Made by a program: the position numbers and the translations under genes. Below the pieces are notes generated by a model, which made no database searches, was not told where the DNA came from, and worked only from the letters and a program-made list of their open reading frames with translations. From Limnochordia bacterium (GTDB lineage: Bacteria > Bacillota > Limnochordia > Darwinibacteriales > B1SED10-159): 29,752 bases of DNA. The DNA lies in contig SLOZ01000015.1 of assembly GCA_007132255.1 (NCBI GenBank), positions 1 through 29,752 of the forward strand. The letters are read 5' to 3'. Shown here one piece after another: positions 17,467 through 25,882 of the stretch (positions within the stretch are counted from its first letter, which is position 1; every line of letters starts with the position of its first letter).

Positions 17467-18858
17467 TTACTGTCCGGCATTTATCCGAATCTGATCCAAC
17501 AGCCGTTCCATTTGCAGGTCGCTGTCGGTTGCCACGTCAGCTGCGGTAATTGGCAGTTCCCAATCCGGATATAGACTGTCGCTGGGGTCCCGATTGGGAT
17601 GGGGCCTCACGTAACGCTTGTGGGCTACGGTGAGCAGCAATCCCGAATTCGGTAACGTAAACTCCAGGGAATCTCCATAGCCCGTCGGTCTCTGCCCCGT
17701 GGGTTCACCGGCGACGATTCCTAAGTCATTATCTTGAATCACCACAGCAAACCAGTGGGCCGTGCCTGCCGTCATCGGAGATGTCAGCAAATACAATTGC
17801 CCTTCATAGGACGGCGTATCCAAAGGACGCGGTGGCAGATTCATGGTGTAACCGCCGAACAATCGCGTCAGATGAGTGACGCGTTTCACACCCGTCGTCT
17901 CTTCATAACCTCGTTGCTGTGCGGCTTGTTGAGAATAGCGAATCTCGCCCGCATAGCCTTCAATCCGCTGTTCTGGGAAAAACCGCAGGAACTCAGGGAT
18001 AACATCCACGTTGCCGCCAACATTCCAGCGCAGATCCAAGACCACGTGTTCTATTCCATGCTCAACGACAGCTCGGAAAAAGCGCTGCAGCTCTGCGCTG
18101 TAGCCTTCTTTTTGATCAGCGCTGTCCAAGAAGAACACACCGATGTCCTCTTCATCAACAATTCGCCAGCCCCAAGCTGGACGAAGCGGGACCAAAGAGT
18201 TCACCGTGACCGGTACGCTCAGTGGAACCGCCGTGACAAGACACTCGTCGTTGCGGCAGAAGGTCAGTTCCACATGCCCATCCACCACTGCCCCAATTTG
18301 GTGCAGAAAGGATCCCGAATGCAGCTGCCGTGCTGTGCGATTCTTCAGATTGTGCTCATTCTCTGTGGGGAGAACCGCATCGGCCTTGCTCAATATTTCC
18401 TCCGGTGTCTGTCCACCTAATTCCCGCACGAGCCACCCCGGCTCGACGTCTATTCTCGCCGTAGCTCCTGCAACCACCAACCCGTCTTGGGACCACCAAA
18501 ATCGCAGAGGCAGCTCATTGGACTCGTGTTCGAAAAGCAACGTCGTGTGGCTGTCTTCCAACAGCGCCGCCAAACTCAATGTCAGATAATAAAACGCCTC
18601 GATGGGCTTAGGTTCTTCCACAGAACGCCTAGCTTGAACGAACGAGCGCACGAACGTGTCCACACCCACCGCATGGAACGGTTCGGGGTGTACCTGTCGG
18701 ATTGTGGTTTCTAGAAACTCTAGATCGTCGACCATATCAGCCGGCGCCAAGAGCTTACTCAGGGCACCGTGAATGGGCTGTGCCGAGATCAATACCACCA
18801 GCAGGATGACCGGCCCGACAAGGGTCACTAGACCAACTGGGAACGGGTGTCGCCTCAA
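17467..18858 (-). CDS. S41-family (tail-specific protease-like) exported protein; catalytic Ser appears replaced
   Basis: N-terminal hydrophobic segment, D.H.T, VLDLRWNVGGN, LYLLTSPMTAGTAHWF, GEPTG, LPNSGL and PD. Confidence 0.75.
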   Translation of the reverse strand: MRRHPFPVGLVTLVGPVILLVVLISAQPIHGALSKLLAPADMVDDLEFLETTIRQVHPEPFHAVGVDTFVRSFVQARRSVEEPKPIEAFYYLTLSLAALLEDSHTTLLFEHESNELPLRFWWSQDGLVVAGATARIDVEPGWLVRELGGQTPEEILSKADAVLPTENEHNLKNRTARQLHSGSFLHQIGAVVDGHVELTFCRNDECLVTAVPLSVPVTVNSLVPLRPAWGWRIVDEEDIGVFFLDSADQKEGYSAELQRFFRAVVEHGIEHVVLDLRWNVGGNVDVIPEFLRFFPEQRIEGYAGEIRYSQQAAQQRGYEETTGVKRVTHLTRLFGGYTMNLPPRPLDTPSYEGQLYLLTSPMTAGTAHWFAVVIQDNDLGIVAGEPTGQRPTGYGDSLEFTLPNSGLLLTVAHKRYVRPHPNRDPSDSLYPDWELPITAADVATDSDLQMERLLDQIRINAGQ

Positions 18859-18921
18859 ACCATAACCCCCCTTTTGTGCGTCAATCCTAGAAAGCGGTTC
18901 TCAACGTCAAGATTGAAAACT

Positions 18922-18951
18922 ATCTTCGCCGCAGGCCAAACCAAATCCTTC
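18922..18951 (-). promoter_or_regulatory. sigmaH-like promoter candidate for the S41-argC-kinase-SDR cassette
   Basis: Minus strand GAAGGATTT-N12-GGCGAAGAT (AGGA-N18-GAAG), 63 nt upstream of the TTG start. Confidence 0.45.
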
Positions 18952-19024
18952 ACGGAACCGTGTGTCAGCCAAAGGCAAGCTTAGGCGGCGATCTCCAAAT
19001 ACAGCTGCCGGCTTAGGGTTCGTA

Positions 19025-20185
19025 TCAAATTTTATCTATACTCAATGCCTTTAGTTTCACGCCCAACTCAATGGCACCAGCCAGCCGCAGCCCAGCGTTC
19101 ACTGTCAGATGTTCAGCGTCTTCCATAGCGGTTCGCAGATCCATAACACCGTCTACGATGGGCAGTGTCAGGACAATACCCGCATTTCGGAACTCGGCTA
19201 ATGATCCAGATATCTGGCCAGCCACCGCCACGGTGGGAATGCCCCGTTTCTTGGCCATCTCAGCAGCGGCCACTGGAACTTTGCCGTAGAATGATTGGGC
19301 ATCCATACTACCTTCGCCTGTAACCAACACGTCGGCTTGGGCTAAGGCTTGCTCCAGCCCTACGAACTCCGCAACCACATCAAACCCACTCCGCGTCTGA
19401 CACTGGGCAAAACAACTCAGCGCAAACCCAATGCCGCCAGCTGCTCCCGCACCGGGACAAGAGCGCACGTCACGGCCGGTCTCTGCCTGCAGCAGTTCCG
19501 ACCAAGACTCCATGCCGTGCTCGAAAGCTTCTATTTTACTGCTCTGCAAACCCTTTTGCGGTCCAAATATGTGAACCGCTCCTTCTGGACCCAGTAAGGG
19601 ATTGGTTACATCGGATGCCAAGATGATCTCTACATTCGCAAGTTCACTGCGCAAACCGGAAGCATCCAAACGTACTATGCGATCCAAAGGACCGTCTAAC
19701 CAATCCATTTCGCCGCTGTCTGTATAGAACACCATGCCCAGTGCCTGCAGACAGCCATATCCACCATCCATGGTGGCACTACCGCCAAGACCCAAAACAA
19801 TTCGACGGGCACCCTGGGTCAAGGCATCAGCGATCAGTTGACCCGTCCCATAGGAAGAGGCCCGAGCCGGGTCTCGTTCCTCTTCAGACAGAAGTGGCAG
19901 TCCCGATGCTTGTGCCATCTCAATGACCGCCAACGAATCTTCAGGAAACCAAGCGTAGTCCGCTTTGATACGACGACCCAGCGGGTCGGTAACAGCCACC
20001 GAGATTCGCTGTCCGCTTTGCCCAAAAAGGACGGCGTCGACGGTCCCTTCACCGCCATCTGCCAACGGCAGCAAAGTACATCGCAAACCGGGATTCCACG
20101 CTGTGATCCCAGCTTTAAGGGCTTCGGCTGCTTGAGTACTTGTAAGAGATCCCTTAAAGGCATCTGGTGCTATAACGATCTTCAT
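19025..20185 (-). CDS. glxK: Glycerate kinase
   Basis: MKIVIAPDAFKGSL, LADGGEGT, SSYGTGQLI, LGLGGSATMDGG, DVTNPLLG..GA..FGPQK, GAGAAGG and TGEGSMD.QS..GK. Confidence 0.95.
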   Translation of the reverse strand: MKIVIAPDAFKGSLTSTQAAEALKAGITAWNPGLRCTLLPLADGGEGTVDAVLFGQSGQRISVAVTDPLGRRIKADYAWFPEDSLAVIEMAQASGLPLLSEEERDPARASSYGTGQLIADALTQGARRIVLGLGGSATMDGGYGCLQALGMVFYTDSGEMDWLDGPLDRIVRLDASGLRSELANVEIILASDVTNPLLGPEGAVHIFGPQKGLQSSKIEAFEHGMESWSELLQAETGRDVRSCPGAGAAGGIGFALSCFAQCQTRSGFDVVAEFVGLEQALAQADVLVTGEGSMDAQSFYGKVPVAAAEMAKKRGIPTVAVAGQISGSLAEFRNAGIVLTLPIVDGVMDLRTAMEDAEHLTVNAGLRLAGAIELGVKLKALSIDKI

Positions 20186-20197
20186 GCGGTTTCCTCC

Positions 20198-21133
20198 TCA
20201 AGCCGGGGGGCCTTGGCGTGCCAACTGTCGCTGACGTCTCGCCGAACGGGCACCGAAATAGTTGGCTCCCCAAACACCGGTAATGATCATCCCTCCGCCA
20301 AGCCAATGGTACCAATACAAGACCTCGCCCAACAGTACAACACTGGCAATAACCGCCACCAATGTCGTTAAGCTCGGGAACGCACTGACCTGACTAGCCC
20401 GCAGACGTGACAGAGCAAAATTCAGCAAAAAGAAGGCCGCAACACTGGACAACACCCCCAGGTACACCACACCACCCACCACTTCCGGGATGACTAAGGG
20501 CGCTAGAAACGAATTCAGTTCCCCGGCAACAAGATGCTGGACAATACTGGCAGGGAAAAAGATAGCGGCACCGAAGTGCATCATCACAAAGGTCATTTCT
20601 AGCGGACGAAATCGCTGCGAAAGATGGCGAGAAAGAACAGAGAAGCTCGCTCCAGCCAACGGTGCCCCCAAGAGAATGACTAGACCTAAAACATTGGTTC
20701 CGAGGGCTTCGGATGCCTGCATGATTCCGATGAGGAGTACGCCAAGCACGGACATGACGACGGCGCCAATCTGCAGCGGCGTCGGATGTTCCTTCAGAAA
20801 AACTCTAGCAAAGAAAATGGTAAATATGGGAATAACGGCCACCATCATACCTGCTTCCGATGCCGATGTCATCTGGATCCCCACAGTCTCACAGATGAAA
20901 TACATGAATGGCTGAAAAAAACCCAGCAGTAGAAGGGATTTCCACTGGTGGGCATTGAGTTTGACGCGAATCAAGCCCAAAACACGTAAACCCTGCATAA
21001 CGGCGGTGGCCAGGATGAATCGCAGGGCTAGCAAATGCAGTGGATCAATATGTTGAAGGGCCGTGCGTGCGAACGGAAACGAAAACCCAAAAATAAGTGC
21101 AAAACCAACGGCTGCTGCAATGGGATAGTTCAT
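20198..21133 (-). CDS. EamA/DMT family transporter
   Basis: About ten hydrophobic segments in two EamA-like halves (G.SF...R..L, LLALRF, AS.AG). Start set at the ATG after GGAGGAGG. Confidence 0.88.
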   Translation of the reverse strand: MNYPIAAAVGFALIFGFSFPFARTALQHIDPLHLLALRFILATAVMQGLRVLGLIRVKLNAHQWKSLLLLGFFQPFMYFICETVGIQMTSASEAGMMVAVIPIFTIFFARVFLKEHPTPLQIGAVVMSVLGVLLIGIMQASEALGTNVLGLVILLGAPLAGASFSVLSRHLSQRFRPLEMTFVMMHFGAAIFFPASIVQHLVAGELNSFLAPLVIPEVVGGVVYLGVLSSVAAFFLLNFALSRLRASQVSAFPSLTTLVAVIASVVLLGEVLYWYHWLGGGMIITGVWGANYFGARSARRQRQLARQGPPA

Positions 21134-21266
21134 GGACTCTTCCTCCTCCACTTTGGGTTCGCCCTGCAGGGCAAAATCCCTTCTCTGCCACGGACTTTTC
21201 CCTTACGACGCCGTCGAATGATGTACCGAATGTACTACATAGTAGACTTATGGGAGGTTGATTGTA

Positions 21267-22034
21267 TTGAAGCAACGTCATCGCATTGCTGTTGTTTTCT
21301 TGGTGACACTCTTTATTCTGGCTGCGTCCCTGCCGGTCAATGCAGGCATATTTCAGAAAACATTCTTGTTGGAAGCCAACGCCAGCTACGAAGTGAGTGT
21401 CTATATTCAAGCGGACCTTGAAGGTTCGCCCGCGTTGGCTTCTGTCTATATTCACAACGAACACGGCGAGTATCTGCGTTCTACAAAGCTTTCCCGTGGT
21501 GTGCCAGCGCGCAACGGTGAATGGCACAAGGTTTCCGTACTCGTGACTACACCTCCCGGTGCTCAAAGTGCCACAGTCATGGTCACAACTGACGAGGATG
21601 TGGAGTTGACCTGGGATGACTTTCATATCCGACGCATCGAGATGTCGGAAACGCTCAACGGTCTTGAGCCTGACAAAGTCTATACGGGCTTGATCGTAGA
21701 TGCTCGGGGCCTGGCACTGCAGCGCGGTATGAGCCCGCGTGTTTGGTCTGAGTCCGGACAGTTGATCTACGCTGGTGTTGTAGCACAACAGGCATTTATC
21801 CAAGAGCGCGGCATCGCTTCCTATGGCGCGGAACTATCGCCGGAACTGGTGGAACGGCTAAAAAGCCGCGGCGCCGACACTGAGGTCACCCCGCTGGTGG
21901 TAACCCCACTGCGCATCACTGGTAACCCAGAAAATAGTGTCGTAATCTCCGATGCCGACGCCGAGAAGATTCTCGAATCCCTTAATCACCATGACTTTCT
22001 GGCTCGTTATTCTGTGGTCTTCTTGGTCGACTAA
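21267..22034 (+). CDS. Secreted hypothetical protein: CBM-like N-terminal domain plus a YTGLIVDARG domain as seen in LPP20-family lipoproteins
   Basis: TTG start 9 nt after GGAGG and a Sec signal ending PVNA. Domain resemblances are from memory and were not searched. Confidence 0.7.
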   Translation: MKQRHRIAVVFLVTLFILAASLPVNAGIFQKTFLLEANASYEVSVYIQADLEGSPALASVYIHNEHGEYLRSTKLSRGVPARNGEWHKVSVLVTTPPGAQSATVMVTTDEDVELTWDDFHIRRIEMSETLNGLEPDKVYTGLIVDARGLALQRGMSPRVWSESGQLIYAGVVAQQAFIQERGIASYGAELSPELVERLKSRGADTEVTPLVVTPLRITGNPENSVVISDADAEKILESLNHHDFLARYSVVFLVD

Positions 22035-22104
22035 TTGCGAACAGGTCGTAACTTGAAGTCGCTGAAGGCGAATGTAGAGACGACGGACTGGAGGGAAGGC
22101 TGGC

Positions 22105-22665
22105 ATGGAGCTTCGCATCTTGGGCCCAAGGGTGTACCTTGGCCATCACCGGGACCCTCAAGCCCTTCTGCGCCTATGGAATGATCCCAACGTAATGACA
22201 TCTGTGGGCTGGCCCAAAGGCTTGGGTGTTTCCCCGGATTATGTGCAGCAATGGATCGCTTCTAGTTATCCGGTACGCGATCCCGCCCGGCAAAATTACC
22301 GTTTGGCCATCTATGACCAGGCTGCAGATGCGTTTATGGGCGAAACAGCTCTCGGTTACTTTGGCCGCCAAGCTGACACAGAACCTGACCTCAAATTGCT
22401 ACCAGAGTATTGGGGGCAGGGCTATGGTACCGAAGTGGTCAACTTGGTAACGGATTTTCTGTTCACAATGACAGCCTGCCCGGCCATTCGATTCACACCG
22501 AACATCCACAACAAAGCCGCGATTCGAGTCTACGAAAAGTGCGGATTCATCGACACCGGTGAGCGCATTACCTGGGAGCCTCCGCCAGAGGCTGCAGGTG
22601 CGGTGGCTGTGACGGCCGCTTGCCTGCGCCTGACCAAAGCAGACCATTTGTCAGTCTATGCGTGA
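22105..22665 (+). CDS. GNAT N-acetyltransferase, RimJ/RimL type
   Basis: LWNDPNVM, LLPEYWGQGYGTE and N.AAIRVYEKCGF. RBS GGAGG. Confidence 0.88.
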   Translation: MELRILGPRVYLGHHRDPQALLRLWNDPNVMTSVGWPKGLGVSPDYVQQWIASSYPVRDPARQNYRLAIYDQAADAFMGETALGYFGRQADTEPDLKLLPEYWGQGYGTEVVNLVTDFLFTMTACPAIRFTPNIHNKAAIRVYEKCGFIDTGERITWEPPPEAAGAVAVTAACLRLTKADHLSVYA

Positions 22666-22671
22666 TATCAC

Positions 22672-22705
22672 AAAACGACGGTTCCTTCACGGAGCCGTCG
22701 TTTTT
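22672..22705. terminator. Bidirectional terminator between the convergent GNAT genes
   Basis: AAAACGACGGTTCC-TTCAC-GGAGCCGTCGTTTTT. Confidence 0.85.
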
Positions 22706-22756
22706 CGCTTCTCACACCCAGGCGCAAGTGTTCGAGCCGCGAACCCGCATCTACGG

Positions 22757-23263
22757 CTACAGCAACTTGGCCATATAGAACTCGTCTACATATTGACCGT
22801 TCACCCACAGCGAATCGCGCTTGGTTCCCTCCACTTCAAACCCCATCTTTTGGTACAGCGTCACAGCACCCCGATTGTGCACCATCACAGTGAGTTCCAA
22901 GCGATGAAGCCCAGCCTTGCGGGCCCACTGTTCCATGATCAAAAACAGCTGGGTGCCAATCCCTCGGCCATAATGAGACTCCTGCATGGCTGCAACTACG
23001 TAGCCACAGTGTCGACTACGCCTGTATCCGCCGCCATAGACAGCGAGGTAGCCCACTAAACCACTGGCAGCTTCGGCCACAAAAATCATCTGATTATCGC
23101 GAGTCAGCAACTGCTTGATTCGCTGTCTTTGGTACTCCACGTCCTTCGACCGTTCCTCAGGCTCCAAAAGCAGAAACTCCGTTTCTTCATCAATCGCCAG
23201 ACACAGATTGAGGTATGCCTGTGCGTCCTCTTCGCGGATTCTCCGAATAACTATCCCTTCCAT
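22757..23263 (-). CDS. GNAT N-acetyltransferase
   Basis: YGRGIGTQL, LHRLELTVMVHN.GA..LYQKMGF..EG and VDEFYMAKLL. ATG after AAGGAGTG. Confidence 0.9.
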   Translation of the reverse strand: MEGIVIRRIREEDAQAYLNLCLAIDEETEFLLLEPEERSKDVEYQRQRIKQLLTRDNQMIFVAEAASGLVGYLAVYGGGYRRSRHCGYVVAAMQESHYGRGIGTQLFLIMEQWARKAGLHRLELTVMVHNRGAVTLYQKMGFEVEGTKRDSLWVNGQYVDEFYMAKLL

Positions 23264-23317
23264 GGGATCACTCCTTGCCCCTATTATCGCCAATTTTATG
23301 AACTGACATGGCTTTTG

Positions 23318-23347
23318 AAAGGATTTCAAACGGGAAGTGTGGAATAT
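23318..23347 (+). promoter_or_regulatory. sigmaH-like promoter of lemA-DUF2207
   Basis: AAAGGATTT-N12-GTGGAATAT, a full match to RnAGGAwww-N11/12-RnnGAATww, 30 nt before the lemA ATG. Confidence 0.65.
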
Positions 23348-23377
23348 GGCAGGTAAACTACACGATTGAAGGGATGA

Positions 23378-23935
23378 ATGCAGATGTTATGGGTCCTATT
23401 GGTCATCGTTGCGGTGATTCTCTACGTTATTGTTCTCTACAATGGTTTGGTTACGCTTCGCCAACGTGTCAAGAATGCTTGGGCGCAGGTGGATGTGCAG
23501 CTGAAGCGCCGTTATGATTTGATCCCAAATCTCGTGAACACGGTCAAAGGCTACACCACCCATGAACGGGGAACCTTTGAAGAGGTGACCAAGGCTCGCA
23601 CCCAAGCCATGTCCGCATCAGGACCAGCCGAAGCCAGCCAAGCAGAGTCCGCCCTCACAGGAACACTGCGCACGCTGTTTGCAGTGGCTGAAGCCTATCC
23701 GGAATTGAAGGCCGACGCTAACTTTCGTGAACTGCAAAAAGAGTTGTCTGACACAGAAGGCAAAATCGCCTTTGCACGGCAGTTCTATAACGACACGGTT
23801 CAGAAGTTCAACATTCGCATCCAAGTATTTCCAGCTGTTTTGATCGCCGGTATGCTGGGATTCCAAAACCAACCCTTTTTCACATTGGATGATGCATCAC
23901 AGGAACGGCAAGCCGTCACTGTGGACTTCTCTTAA
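23378..23935 (+). CDS. lemA: LemA family protein
   Basis: N-terminal TM segment, YNGLV.LR..V.NAWAQVDVQLKRRYDLIPNLV, YPELKA..NF..LQ.EL..TE and R.FYND.V..FN. Confidence 0.95.
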   Translation: MQMLWVLLVIVAVILYVIVLYNGLVTLRQRVKNAWAQVDVQLKRRYDLIPNLVNTVKGYTTHERGTFEEVTKARTQAMSASGPAEASQAESALTGTLRTLFAVAEAYPELKADANFRELQKELSDTEGKIAFARQFYNDTVQKFNIRIQVFPAVLIAGMLGFQNQPFFTLDDASQERQAVTVDFS

Positions 23936-23994
23936 TCCTTGGCCGCTGCATGCTGCCTGCCATGAACTCGAATGCTAAAGGGGATGTGAATCAC

Positions 23995-25842
23995 ATGCAC
24001 AAGTGCCCACTATGGAAAATGGCTCTATTAGCTGTGCTCATGCTGCTGCTGTTCGTTCAGCCAAGCCTTGGACGCAGTCATACATTTGAATCCTTGTTTA
24101 TTGAAGCATGGATCCGCCAAGACGGAAGTCTCCAAGTAGAAGAACACCGTCGAGTCCGCTTTGATGGGCAGTTTACCGGACTCTACCAATGGATCAATAC
24201 CTCTGGAGGCCTTGTAGTCCGTGACATTGCTGTCCGTGAAGACGGTCAGGAATACCAGCGAAATCCGCAACAAGAGATTGGCCCTCCTGGAACATTCTTC
24301 GTACGTGAGGACCCTAATTCGGTCTACATCGATTGGAGTTACTCCGCACGCAACGAAACCCGAACGTTTATCCTCGCCTATACCTTAGAACATGCAGTGC
24401 GCTTACACAATGACACAGGTGAACTTTACCTCCAGTTTGTTGGGGATGAGTGGGACCAGCCCACCCAATCAGTACAGGTACTCCTGCACCTGCCCGAAGG
24501 CGCGAACACCGGTGATCTACGAGCTTGGGGGCACGGACCACTGCACGGATCCGTCGAAATCCTGGATGACCAAACAGTTCGTTGGACGGTATCCCCGCTG
24601 CCCGCCAATACCATGTTAGAAGGGAGGGTTGCATTCCCCACGCATCTATTGGCAGCCTCACCGCAAAACGCAACCATAACCAACCGCGATGCACTGGACT
24701 CCATTCTCGCGGAAGAACAGCGTTGGGCCCGTGAAGCCAATTTCCAACGCTGGCTGGCCCGAGTCAACTGGGTTTTAGCTATCCTGATCCTAGTTGGTTC
24801 ATTGTTCTGGGCCATCCGCACGTACCTGCATTGGGGTAAAGAGTTCAAACCAGAGTTTGACGGGGAGTACTACCGCGAACTCCCCGAGCCTTACTCTCCG
24901 GCGGAGATGTCCGTGCTATACACAAAAGGTACCATCGCCACAAAGGATTTGACGGCTACGGTTCTCGACTTAGCCCGCCGTAAATGGATCAAAATCGAAG
25001 AGACAACCACCGAACGCAAGGGACTTTTGCGGCGAGGAACCCAAACAGATTACGTCATGTCCCCGCTGGAAGGTGACGGTGAGCGGCTGGCTCCACACGA
25101 ACAAAAGCTAATGGATTTCTTTTTTAAGACTGTGGATCAGCGAAATGATGGCAGCGTCAGCTTCAGGGACCTAGAGGACTTTGCTAAAAAACGCCGCACG
25201 ACCTTTGCTAAGTTCTGGAACGAATGGAAAACATCGGCGTCTGACTTTGCCAAGCGGCATGGATTCTTCGATACCACCAACGCCGGGCCTCGAAAAAAGA
25301 CAGCTCTTTTGGGTGTAGTGATCGCTGTGTTGGCCGTACCGGCCTTCATGATTCAGTGGCTAGCTACAGCCTTCGCTTGTTTAGCCGGTGGTGTGATCTT
25401 GATTCTCACTGGGGCCATCAGCAACCGCCGCAGTCGCAGGGGTGCCGAAGATTATGCAAAGTGGCGAGCCTTTCGTCGCTTTCTCCTGCACTTCTCGGAA
25501 ATGCAGCGACATGAAATCCCATCACTGATCATCTGGGAACATTATCTGGTCTACGCGGTGACGTTAGGGATTGCCAAAGAAGTAATTAAACAGCTCAACT
25601 TGGTCTATCCTAACTTAGAAGACAATGGCTACCGGTTCGGCTATGGTTGGTACTACATGGGTGCCCGCGGGATGGGCAACTTCGAGAGCAGTCTCAGCCA
25701 ATTGACTACGTCCATGCAAAGCAGCTTCCAGCAATCGGTCTCCACAGCCACAAGCCAATCTTCTTCCGGCAGCGGTGGCGGTGGTGGCTTTTCCGGTGGC
25801 GGCGGTGGTGGCGGTGGTGGTGGCGGCGGCGGTGTTCGCTGA
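23995..25842 (+). CDS. DUF2207 domain membrane protein
   Basis: Signal peptide, an extracellular domain (DGSL.VEE, WGHGPL.G), TM helices, W.AFRRFL, WEHYLVYAV.LG and a Gly/Ser tail; the usual neighbour of lemA. ATG after AAGGGG; the ORF is open from 23950. Confidence 0.9.
   Translation: MHKCPLWKMALLAVLMLLLFVQPSLGRSHTFESLFIEAWIRQDGSLQVEEHRRVRFDGQFTGLYQWINTSGGLVVRDIAVREDGQEYQRNPQQEIGPPGTFFVREDPNSVYIDWSYSARNETRTFILAYTLEHAVRLHNDTGELYLQFVGDEWDQPTQSVQVLLHLPEGANTGDLRAWGHGPLHGSVEILDDQTVRWTVSPLPANTMLEGRVAFPTHLLAASPQNATITNRDALDSILAEEQRWAREANFQRWLARVNWVLAILILVGSLFWAIRTYLHWGKEFKPEFDGEYYRELPEPYSPAEMSVLYTKGTIATKDLTATVLDLARRKWIKIEETTTERKGLLRRGTQTDYVMSPLEGDGERLAPHEQKLMDFFFKTVDQRNDGSVSFRDLEDFAKKRRTTFAKFWNEWKTSASDFAKRHGFFDTTNAGPRKKTALLGVVIAVLAVPAFMIQWLATAFACLAGGVILILTGAISNRRSRRGAEDYAKWRAFRRFLLHFSEMQRHEIPSLIIWEHYLVYAVTLGIAKEVIKQLNLVYPNLEDNGYRFGYGWYYMGARGMGNFESSLSQLTTSMQSSFQQSVSTATSQSSSGSGGGGGFSGGGGGGGGGGGGGVR
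25768..25833 (+). repeat. Low-complexity GGY-codon run encoding the poly-Gly tail of DUF2207
   Basis: (GGC/GGT)n encoding GSGGGGGFSGGGGGGGGGGGGG. Confidence 0.85.
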
Positions 25843-25882
25843 TTCCGCCGACCATCGATCCAATCCGCTTAGACGGCAAACA

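Noticed and set aside
18884-18910. sigmaA promoter TTGACG...TAGGAT upstream of the S41-like gene
   Set aside because: The spacer is only 15 nt; the sigmaH-like element just upstream fits better.
21161-21172. Perfect palindrome GCCCTGCAGGGC in the divergent EamA/hypothetical intergenic region
   Set aside because: Short, GC-rich and single-copy, with no supporting context; it could be chance.
16141-21803. Long alternative ORFs (16141-16926 +, 17734-18420 +, 21045-21803 -) and similar ones across the window
   Set aside because: They lie antisense to well-supported genes and show no recognisable motifs.
25768-25833. G-rich low-complexity run as a variable repeat or special DNA structure
   Set aside because: It is fully explained by the standard poly-Gly tail of DUF2207 proteins.
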